Positions 46,453-54,181 of a stretch of DNA of 64,000 nucleotides are shown here, in pieces; within the stretch, counting starts at the first letter, position 1; every line of letters begins with the position of its first letter. The stretch is from a bacterium Ga0077546 (lineage in GTDB: Bacteria; Cyanobacteriota; Vampirovibrionia; Obscuribacterales; Obscuribacteraceae): contig CALRQI020000005.1 in NCBI GenBank assembly GCA_943370275.1, positions 1,541 to 65,540 of the forward strand. Reading direction: 5' to 3'. The position numbers and the translations under genes are program-made. Below the pieces are notes generated by a model. That model was not told where the DNA came from. It was given only the letters and a program-made list of their open reading frames with translations, and did not search any database.

Positions 46453-48119
46453 GCCTGAATCTTGCTGACCTCCTTCTTATACTCATGCCATGAGCACTTA
46501 CGGAAAAACGACTGCCAGTAAGCAAAGGTCTTAAGATCATTGGGTATGCCAAATGAGATGTAGTCGATTACTTCAAAGACCACGCATTTGAGGCCAGAAT
46601 CAGCTAAGACACCAACCATACTATCAACATAAAACTCGCCGTTGACACGAATATCTTGTTCAAGCATCACCTTCATTGCTTGATCAAAATATTTTGCCTT
46701 GCGAAAGAAAAAGGCACCAACAATGGCATGATCAGCGCGCGGATTATCTGATATTGCCTTCTTCACCGAAACACCAGTGATAACAGGAAATTCAACTGGG
46801 GCACTCTCATCTGCAGGCGCAACTTTAAGCCAACCAAACATCTGCGGGTTTCGTTCACTAGATGGATGATTACGGAAACTAAAAGCAGCCATATCGATAG
46901 ATTGATCTGCCATCAGGGCTTGCCACTTACTGTGGTCGTAAACAATACCGTTATCGCAGGCACCAATCAACAAACTGGCCTCAGGGTCAATAGCTGGATC
47001 AGCTCCATCAATGCCGAGCTTACAAGAAGAAGCCTGGCCGGCAGTGATACCATCGATAGCTACCACACTAACATTAGGAAACTGCTCAGTCAGTATCCCT
47101 TTCAATTGCGAATTATCAAGGTGCTCTTTCTGTGCGACGAAGACATAACGAGTCGCTGGCGGCAAATTATCGCAAGCAAGCACCACCATGGGCTTGTTGG
47201 AAACAGGAATTAGTGGCTTGGGCGTTAAATAGCCCACATCGGCAAAACGAGAGCCTTTGCCCGCCATTGGAATAAGACAGGTGTTAACTAGAAGAGAATC
47301 TTTGGCTGTGGCCGGGCGATTCTTTCGCCCTGTGCGCGGCTCGTCTTCTGAACCTTCATGGGCCAGTCTTGTGAAATAGTCAGACCAGTGTTGATACTCT
47401 TCGAGATCACGAGGAGTGCCCCATTGCAGCATGTAGTCAACTTCGTAGACTGAGACACGAAGACCATCGGCCACCATGAGGTTGTAAATCATACTGACAT
47501 AGTATTCACCATTGACCTGAATATCTTGCTTCATCAACTCTTGGAAGTAGTGCTTGACGTACTCTCCCCGGGCAAAATAATACGTACCGTTTGAGGCAAA
47601 CTCAGCCATGCGATTATCAGTAAATGGCTTCTTCTCTTGAATCGCTTCCAACCAAAGGTTCTTCTCTTTGATAAAGGCATAGTTATCAGTGCCAAGCATA
47701 TGCGGATGAAAGTTGCGGTAAGCTGGAACTGAGCCGGCAGCTTTTCGACTACGCGTCTTAGCTAAGAAGTCAGAGTAGTGCCAATAGGAATAGAAATCAC
47801 AATAGTTGACGATTGTCTCTTCGCTCGAATCTATTCGATCTAAACACTGCCCAACGGCATAAACAGGACCTTTGCGATGGGTATTAATGGTAATTATTTC
47901 AGCCTGCGGAGCAATACGATTGAGTACCTCTGCTAAATTTGTCTCAGTCATATGCTCGCAGTTGCAGACAAAAGTAAACTTATCGGCAGGAGAAAACATT
48001 GAGACCACATGCTCAATCATCGGCTTGCCGTCTACTTCGATTAATGGTTTAGGCAGCTTGTAGCCAGCTTTTATAAAGCGCTCACCAAGTCCAGACATAG
48101 GAATTACAACATGGGTCAT
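46449..48119 (-). CDS. Tandem double sugar-phosphate nucleotidyltransferase
   Basis: 556 aa with two homologous halves. Each starts with a nucleotidyltransferase signature (VIPMSGLGERFIKAGYKLPKPLIEVDGKPMIEH; LIPMAGKGSRFADVGYLTPKPLIPVSNKPMVV). Each ends with the VNGEYYV...(10-11 aa)...(D)GL motif. Confidence 0.85.
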   Translation of the reverse strand: MTHVVIPMSGLGERFIKAGYKLPKPLIEVDGKPMIEHVVSMFSPADKFTFVCNCEHMTETNLAEVLNRIAPQAEIITINTHRKGPVYAVGQCLDRIDSSEETIVNYCDFYSYWHYSDFLAKTRSRKAAGSVPAYRNFHPHMLGTDNYAFIKEKNLWLEAIQEKKPFTDNRMAEFASNGTYYFARGEYVKHYFQELMKQDIQVNGEYYVSMIYNLMVADGLRVSVYEVDYMLQWGTPRDLEEYQHWSDYFTRLAHEGSEDEPRTGRKNRPATAKDSLLVNTCLIPMAGKGSRFADVGYLTPKPLIPVSNKPMVVLACDNLPPATRYVFVAQKEHLDNSQLKGILTEQFPNVSVVAIDGITAGQASSCKLGIDGADPAIDPEASLLIGACDNGIVYDHSKWQALMADQSIDMAAFSFRNHPSSERNPQMFGWLKVAPADESAPVEFPVITGVSVKKAISDNPRADHAIVGAFFFRKAKYFDQAMKVMLEQDIRVNGEFYVDSMVGVLADSGLKCVVFEVIDYISFGIPNDLKTFAYWQSFFRKCSWHEYKKEVSKIQA

Positions 48120-49252
48120 AGGCTCTGCCTGTATTTCTCAGCTTCCCAATTGCTCAAATAATCGACTTCTTCTTGGGCCAGATAGGTCATGTCATAAAGC
48201 TCCCCACCCATTTGTAGCATGACGTGGGAGCGCAAGACTTCTTCACTTTCTCGACACTTGCGCAAACTCTGCCCGAGAAGCAAAATATGCTCGCCCGAAA
48301 TGATCACCTTAGGCGGATGGCCAAACTTCTGCAAATAATCAGCCACAGATTGCACCGCTGAGGCACTATCAAAGTCAGCCAGAGCCAATCCACTAGCACC
48401 ACAGTAAACCAGTTGATCGGGCGTGGCACATGGGGCCAGCAAATAGGCGGAATTGCGCCTCAGGGCATCTTGGAGAATATGGTCATCACTTAAATAGGCT
48501 AACCACTTGGTGCCACAAACTTGATTAACGAGAGCAGAGGCAAAATTAACTAGTTTATAGCGATAAAGGTTGAAAGCCAGCTCGTTGGCCAGTTTGTCTA
48601 CCACTTCATTGGTAATCTGCATCACCACTTGCTTATTGGCACCAGCCACAATCAGGCCATGGTTCTCTAGAAATACAATGGCTAGACTGGCCTTATCAGT
48701 GCTAGCAGGTTGCCAGTTCTTCTCTCTGAGCTGCTGCTGAAGAGCCACAGCTAAGGCTGGCCCTGGAGTTTTATAAGAAACAAGAAAGAGTGAATCTTGA
48801 TACTGCGGAAACTCACTAGCAAAAATATCTGTCACTATCTTCTGCCAATTCTTGCGACAAACCAGGGCAGCCACAGCTATTGGATGGGTGTGAAGAGTAT
48901 ATTTTCCCAGTAAGCAATGCAGGAGCGCTTCAATCGATGGCCGTCTACTACTAGAAGCAACTGGCGTAAGAGCAGCAGCCACAGCGACTTTGGCCTGGGC
49001 CTCAAGCGCTTCAACTGAAAGATTAGCATCACAAGCAGACAAGAACTGCAGCAAAGGAGGCCATTGCAACAAGCAAAAATCAGCCTCAGAGCCGACTTCG
49101 CTCAGTGCCATACCAGAAGCTTTAACAAAAATGCGGCCATCGTCGAGCTTGACTGATGTGTTACCGCCACCGGCTTGTACCAGATCGAAACGCTCTCCAG
49201 CAAAACGCGATACTTCTATGAGATCTGCTATTTCAGTTTCTATGGCGTTCAT
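48116..49252 (-). CDS. Class II aldolase/adducin-fold protein (aldolase or sugar-phosphate epimerase-like)
   Basis: VQAGGGNTSVKLDDGRIFVKASG and LHTHPIAV motifs. ATGA overlaps at both ends. Confidence 0.75.
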   Translation of the reverse strand: MNAIETEIADLIEVSRFAGERFDLVQAGGGNTSVKLDDGRIFVKASGMALSEVGSEADFCLLQWPPLLQFLSACDANLSVEALEAQAKVAVAAALTPVASSSRRPSIEALLHCLLGKYTLHTHPIAVAALVCRKNWQKIVTDIFASEFPQYQDSLFLVSYKTPGPALAVALQQQLREKNWQPASTDKASLAIVFLENHGLIVAGANKQVVMQITNEVVDKLANELAFNLYRYKLVNFASALVNQVCGTKWLAYLSDDHILQDALRRNSAYLLAPCATPDQLVYCGASGLALADFDSASAVQSVADYLQKFGHPPKVIISGEHILLLGQSLRKCRESEEVLRSHVMLQMGGELYDMTYLAQEEVDYLSNWEAEKYRQSL

Positions 49253-49941
49253 TTTTTTACCAACTCGAGCAACTGAAGAAAATCATCGAAAATAGTAACA
49301 CCGCGCATGTCGGCAATGGTCTGAATACTTCCAGTTTCAGTATTGAGCCAATAGCAGTCAAGACCAAGTTTGCGGGCACCTTCGATATCACGCTCAAAGC
49401 TATCACCAATCATACAAAGAGCGGTCAAGGGCAAGTCGAGCTTCTGCGCAGCCAATTCAAATATGCGCCGGTGCGGTTTTTCGTGGCCGCTCTCTTCACT
49501 GGTAACAATAGCCTGCAAATAAGTGGCAATTTTCAAGTGAGCAATTTTGTCAAACTGAACCCTTGCTGTTAAATCAGTGACTATAGCAATTGGCAAACCT
49601 ACCGACTGAAGAAAAGCAAGACAGCCAGGACGCAGCTGCATATTGTCAAAAAACGTTCGCCAATAGAGATCTTCAGCAGCTCCTGCTAATAAATGAGGGA
49701 AGCGGCCAAAGGCCTCGGCTATGCCTTGAAAATAAAGCAATCTACTGTGGGAAGAAGCCAAGCCGTGCAGACTCTTATTGACTCGACTGCGGCAAGCAAC
49801 ATACTGAGCCTCTACCGCTTCAAGCCCCTGCTCAAGCTCTGCAGCCAGCCACTGCAAAGCAGCAGCAATAGCCGGTTCGTGAGCCTGTTTATAGTCATAG
49901 ACTGTATTATCGAGATCAAGGAGAATGCCTTTAGGCTTCAT
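49249..49941 (-). CDS. HAD-superfamily hydrolase (phosphatase)
   Basis: Motif I LLDLDNTVYDY, motif II VTDLT, motif IV GDSFERDIEGA. Confidence 0.88.
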   Translation of the reverse strand: MKPKGILLDLDNTVYDYKQAHEPAIAAALQWLAAELEQGLEAVEAQYVACRSRVNKSLHGLASSHSRLLYFQGIAEAFGRFPHLLAGAAEDLYWRTFFDNMQLRPGCLAFLQSVGLPIAIVTDLTARVQFDKIAHLKIATYLQAIVTSEESGHEKPHRRIFELAAQKLDLPLTALCMIGDSFERDIEGARKLGLDCYWLNTETGSIQTIADMRGVTIFDDFLQLLELVKK

Positions 49942-52153
49942 GCATTTCTTCCTTGTCTTTCATCAAGTCGTTGATGATAAGCAAAATAATCAACTGCACA
50001 AAGCCACGCAAATCTTCTGCCCACTCAATTTTATTCTCGACTAACTCTTCTAAATTAGGAATCATGTCACTAGCTAATTTTTGCAATAACGCTGGTGGCA
50101 CTGGTTCTGAGAGAGTCAAATCTTGCTTTGATAGATTCTCGCTGTAGTCCCAATGTAAAAGCAAGCCATTAGCCATAAGCTCTTGCACTAAATCTTCGAG
50201 ATGAATACTTGAACTTAGGGACAACTTGAGCGACAGCTTAGCCTGAGCTGTTAAAGAGCCTTCATCAAGCAAAGCCTGAGGATAATAGCGAATACAGAGA
50301 TCGGCAAACTCTCTCTGGGGAGAAATAAATTTGTCGGCGTCATTTTTTCGGCGATTGATCTGAGCATTAGCCTGCTTCTCGCTATAGCCTCGTTCGCGGT
50401 GATCGCGACTGACTTTCCAAAAAGTCTTAAGCTCTGCTTCTGGATCCATGAAAATTTTCAGATCAATTACTTTTCGCGACTTAGGCAAATAGAAAGTGTG
50501 TAAGCCAGAAAGGACAATAAAATCGTTGGGCTCAATCACCCGAGCGCTTGTAAAGGCACCAGTTGAGTGATCATAGTCAACACGCTCAACACTGCGTCCG
50601 CGCTTCAAATTGAAGAGTGTATCGGCCTGCCTGTGGAGGAAATTGGCTTTTGGATCAAGATGGGTAATGTCTTTTTTCCAATTTTCGTCGTGGCGAGCCC
50701 ATTTATGATCAGCGTCACCTTCAAGCTCAACCACGCGATTCTGCAGTAAGGCCTTTATGTCTTTGAGCAGTGTCGACTTACCAGCACCACTATCTCCACC
50801 AATACCAATGACGATAGCTCTTTCGCGCTTATAAATTGAATTACTGCGCACACCAGTACGATAGCAAAGCACGATATTGGCAAGCAAGGTTGCTTCAAGC
50901 AGAGTAAAGGCCAGAGAAGAAAGGTGCTCGCCAGGAATGCCTAAATTCCAAACATTACCGCAAAACATAATGGCCGGATAATCGAAGTGATGGAAAAAGA
51001 GAAAATAGAAAAGATAGAAGCAAGAAAGGGCCATACCAGCCGGCACAATGCGGCTGTCACGGCGGCTATATTTGATCATGAAAATGCTGAGAAAAGGCAC
51101 AATCCAAACGTACCAGCCGGGCGCAGGCACAATTAGAGCGACAAATAAAGCAAAGACAATATTGAGGAAGGCATCTAGTAAGTCAAGATTGATTTTGGGA
51201 TAGAGGGCAAAGCGCACATAGGTGCTGCACACCGCCAGAACTGGCAAGAAAATATGCATTGAGCCAATGCTAATGTAAGACTCAAAGATCTGGCTCTGCT
51301 TGGGATTATGCAAAACTATGGCCTGAAAACCGGCCGAAAACAAAAAGGGATAAACCCAGAAGATAAGCATGAGAAGCGAACAGACGAGATAGAGCCCGGC
51401 CATCTTGGGCTTCTGATTGCGATAGATATAAGTGATACACAGGGGCAGGGCTGCCGCCACGTGCGACTTTGTCGCCAGAGCCAAACCAAAAAGTAGTGCC
51501 GATTTAAGCGTGTCGTTTTTGCGCAAGAAATAAACAGCAGAAAACAGTATCGCCGTTGGTATCAAATCTAGCTGTGAGTGAATGTAGCAGGCATAAAATA
51601 TGATTGGCGAAAGAAAGTAATACCAGAATACTTTGTTGACTCTTGCTGGAAACATTTTGACCAAGAGGAAGGCAATCAAAATATCGCTAAGAAGAGTGGG
51701 CAATTTCATAAAGAAATTGACCAAATAGGTATTTTCGAAACCAACAAGTTTCAGAGGCAGACAAAAGAAAGCGACAATATAAAGCATCAGCGGCTGATAA
51801 GGAAATTGATCACGCTGTGTGGTGGTTTGAAAATAGAAATCCCAAGGGTTGTCAAAGTGACTGATAAAGTGCTGAACAAACGGCACAAATAGCTGGTTCA
51901 TATAACCAGACGAAAAAAGCACCATCAGCAAAACCTTGGCAAAAACCACAAGCGCAAAAGCGCTGAGGCCAATTGGGGCCACAGACTTGAGAGCAGCGCC
52001 TGCTGTGGCGCCGTCGAGCTTATCTGCTGGATTCAAAATCGGTTTTGCTTTTGCTTCCATCAACCCTGCTTGATCACTTTCTATTTTGATATGCCCGCTC
52101 TTTGGCGGCGGACCACTACTTACAACCACATCAAAACAATCGACTGCGGCCAA
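49931..52153 (-). CDS. Fusion protein: GT-C/DUF2029-like polytopic membrane domain + C-terminal uridine kinase/phosphoribulokinase-family P-loop kinase
   Basis: 740 aa with about 12 TM in the first 440 aa (loop motif RDQFPYQPLMLYI). This is followed by AIVIGIGGDSGAGKSTLLKDI and a Udk/PRK-like body. The track uses a TTG start (52153); an alternative ATG is at 52060. Confidence 0.85.
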   Translation of the reverse strand: MAAVDCFDVVVSSGPPPKSGHIKIESDQAGLMEAKAKPILNPADKLDGATAGAALKSVAPIGLSAFALVVFAKVLLMVLFSSGYMNQLFVPFVQHFISHFDNPWDFYFQTTTQRDQFPYQPLMLYIVAFFCLPLKLVGFENTYLVNFFMKLPTLLSDILIAFLLVKMFPARVNKVFWYYFLSPIIFYACYIHSQLDLIPTAILFSAVYFLRKNDTLKSALLFGLALATKSHVAAALPLCITYIYRNQKPKMAGLYLVCSLLMLIFWVYPFLFSAGFQAIVLHNPKQSQIFESYISIGSMHIFLPVLAVCSTYVRFALYPKINLDLLDAFLNIVFALFVALIVPAPGWYVWIVPFLSIFMIKYSRRDSRIVPAGMALSCFYLFYFLFFHHFDYPAIMFCGNVWNLGIPGEHLSSLAFTLLEATLLANIVLCYRTGVRSNSIYKRERAIVIGIGGDSGAGKSTLLKDIKALLQNRVVELEGDADHKWARHDENWKKDITHLDPKANFLHRQADTLFNLKRGRSVERVDYDHSTGAFTSARVIEPNDFIVLSGLHTFYLPKSRKVIDLKIFMDPEAELKTFWKVSRDHRERGYSEKQANAQINRRKNDADKFISPQREFADLCIRYYPQALLDEGSLTAQAKLSLKLSLSSSIHLEDLVQELMANGLLLHWDYSENLSKQDLTLSEPVPPALLQKLASDMIPNLEELVENKIEWAEDLRGFVQLIILLIINDLMKDKEEMHEA

Positions 52154-52202
52154 ATAGCTGTATCAAGTGGCCACAATGCAAACAGAGTCAATTTTATCGT
52201 TA

Positions 52203-52682
52203 CTACTTAGAGCCAGTGCCTTCTGGATAGTAAAGGAAATCGCAGCGGAATGGCGCAGGAGCTTCTTTGAAATCAGCAGGCAAAGGAGCAAAGGGAGACT
52301 GTGTTTTGACCGAGTCAACAGTTCTCTCAATAGCCCGTTGACCACCGGTGGCACTGACCGTATGAACATCGGTGCAAAGGCCTGGTCGAGTAATTAGAAA
52401 TTCAACGGCTACGCTGTAGCGGTGGTCAGACTTAAGTGGCCGCCAACCCTCTGCCAGGCGGTTCTGCAAATCGATGCAGTAGCGCTGCTGTTCAGGGGTA
52501 TAGCTGTGTTCGCTCACTGGCGAAACCATGACTTTGTGAGGACCAACTGGCTTGCTCGGCTCGGCACTAGTTGTAGTTGTGGTAGTGGTGGTCTTGTCTC
52601 CAACTTTATCGGTCTTACTGCATCCAGTCACTATGACAGCCGCAGGGATAAGCAATGAACACAAGAGAACCGACAGGCGCAT
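52203..52682 (-). CDS. Lipoprotein with a poly-Thr linker and a TonB/TolA C-terminal-like domain
   Basis: Lipobox VTGC, a TTTTTTTT linker and a C-terminal ...FAPLPADF... pattern. The family call is tentative. Confidence 0.65.
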   Translation of the reverse strand: MRLSVLLCSLLIPAAVIVTGCSKTDKVGDKTTTTTTTTSAEPSKPVGPHKVMVSPVSEHSYTPEQQRYCIDLQNRLAEGWRPLKSDHRYSVAVEFLITRPGLCTDVHTVSATGGQRAIERTVDSVKTQSPFAPLPADFKEAPAPFRCDFLYYPEGTGSK

Positions 52683-52838
52683 GGTAAGACCTCGAATAAG
52701 ATAGACCCATTCTACACGAGGGCGAATAAGTCATGTATCAACTGAAAGCTCTCAGCAACTGTAAAAATCCGGTAAGCACAAAATAGTCGAGCGAGAAGGA
52801 AAGAAATAAAGAAAGAAATCAGCCCAAGAAATAGGGAC

Positions 52839-53288
52839 CTAATGCTCCATAGCTTCCACCGGTCGCCTAATTTGAGCGCCAACGCAAAGGCCGTCATTAA
52901 AATCGAGGTCGAGATATGCCTCTTTCAGCCCCCGGCTCATGACATAGCTCAACTGCACAACTTTGTTGTCAATCACTTTCTTCTCACACAGACGAGTGCC
53001 TAGTAGCTTTTCAAGCTGTTGAACATCTTTGCCGATCAGTCGTCCCGAGCCAATCAAGTCGTGAACCATTGAATAGCGTGTCGGACCAACCCCAAAATCC
53101 CAAATCTCGCTATTAAAAGGCAACGGTGTGGGATCTTGCACGAACGAAATAGCCAGTACTGCGATGGCAATCAAGAGAATTAACTCTATGGCCAACAACC
53201 ACTTAAATATAGGCCGAGTCTGCCACAAAGTTTTGAAGTCAAGTTTACTCAAGGTCTGCTGCCCAAGTCCTATCATGCAATTCATCAC
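52839..53288 (-). CDS. Membrane-anchored hypothetical protein
   Basis: 149-aa ORF with one TM (WLLAIELILLIAIAVLAISFV). Confidence 0.55.
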   Translation of the reverse strand: MMNCMIGLGQQTLSKLDFKTLWQTRPIFKWLLAIELILLIAIAVLAISFVQDPTPLPFNSEIWDFGVGPTRYSMVHDLIGSGRLIGKDVQQLEKLLGTRLCEKKVIDNKVVQLSYVMSRGLKEAYLDLDFNDGLCVGAQIRRPVEAMEH

Positions 53289-53309
53289 CGACTGGTAATT
53301 ATAGGGGTA

Positions 53310-53347
53310 TTGACATAGTCACCATATTTTGATATTTGTACAAATAT
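53310..53347 (+). promoter_or_regulatory. Candidate ars promoter (TTGACA-N17-TATTTG) with an overlapping 16-bp perfect palindrome ATATTTGTACAAATAT
   Basis: The -35 hexamer is at 53310-53315. The palindrome at 53332-53347 overlaps the -10 region, the position expected for an ArsR operator. Confidence 0.45.
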
Positions 53348-53412
53348 TAAAATACAAATATTGAAATACGGATTTTGAAGTACGAATATTGAAATGCAAA
53401 ATATGGAAATAC
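53342..53412. repeat. Five tandem ~14-bp AT-rich repeats spanning the arsR 5' region and start codon
   Basis: AAATATTAAAATAC | AAATATTGAAATAC | GGATTTTGAAGTAC | GAATATTGAAATGC | AAAATATGGAAATAC. Both candidate arsR ATGs (53394, 53403) lie inside the array. Confidence 0.8.
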
Positions 53413-53780
53413 AATCGGTACTAAACGCCTTTGGCGCTCTTTCGCAAGAATCGCGCTTAAACGTCTTTCGCCTTTTAGTACAACGCGGCCCTGACGGTCT
53501 GGCCGCTGGCACAATAGCCGCTCAGTTGGGCATAACACCGGCCACCATGTCACACCACCTAGAGCAATTGAGCCAAGCCGGGCTTGTTTCTTCAAGACGG
53601 GAAGGACGCTCAATCATCTACAGCGCCAAGTACGACACGATGCAAAGTCTCATCAATTTCCTCATGGAAAATTGCTGCGAGGGAAAAATTGACTGCTGCA
53701 GCGAAACTAATACCTGTGATGAACCCAATATCTGCAACGAGAAAACTAGCTACAACGCAACCGTTGAGGAAAAAACTTGA
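53394..53780 (+). CDS. arsR: ArsR-family metalloregulator with a Cys-rich C-terminal tail
   Basis: ESRLNVFRLL...TMSHHLEQLSQAGLVSSRREGRSIIY HTH. There is no CVC in the alpha3 position. The tail is ENCCEGKIDCCSETNTCDEPNIC. Confidence 0.9.
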   Translation: MQNMEIQSVLNAFGALSQESRLNVFRLLVQRGPDGLAAGTIAAQLGITPATMSHHLEQLSQAGLVSSRREGRSIIYSAKYDTMQSLINFLMENCCEGKIDCCSETNTCDEPNICNEKTSYNATVEEKT

Positions 53781-54181
53781 AACTAATCTTCGCCTGCGTC
53801 CACAATGCTGGGCGCTCACAAATGGCTGCCGCCTACTTCAATCAATACAGTGACAGCAGTAAGGCCTGTGCTGTATCAGCTGGTACTAATCCTGGTGCAA
53901 CGGTGCACCCAGAAGTGCTGCAAATAATGAAAGAGGATGGTATCGATCTCTCTGAAGCTAAACCGCAACTGCTCACCGACGCTCTCGCAGCAGACGCTGA
54001 TATGCTCATCACCATGGGCTGTGGCGAAACCTGCCCTATGATTCCAGGACTAAAAAAAGTCGACTGGGCTTTGCAAGATCCCAAAGGGCAATCTATTGAG
54101 CGCGTTCGAGAAATTCGAGACGAAGTGAAACAACTTGTACAAAATCTTGTCAAAGAATTAGGCGTTGCCAATGAGCGCTAA
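53777..54181 (+). CDS. arsC: Arsenate reductase, LMW-PTP (thioredoxin-coupled) type
   Basis: CX5R(S) loop FACVHNAGRSQMA. The TTG start overlaps the arsR stop. Confidence 0.9.
   Translation: MKLIFACVHNAGRSQMAAAYFNQYSDSSKACAVSAGTNPGATVHPEVLQIMKEDGIDLSEAKPQLLTDALAADADMLITMGCGETCPMIPGLKKVDWALQDPKGQSIERVREIRDEVKQLVQNLVKELGVANER

Noticed and set aside
52712-52897. 61-aa minus-strand ORF overlapping the 3' end of 52839-53288
   Set aside because: It overlaps the upstream gene by ~60 nt in another frame. It has no RBS and only generic hydrophobic content, so there is insufficient support.
53285-53613. Minus-strand ORFs 53285-53512 and 53347-53613 over the ars promoter and arsR
   Set aside because: They are antisense to a well-supported arsR and cross the AT-rich repeat array. 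No motif or RBS supports them.
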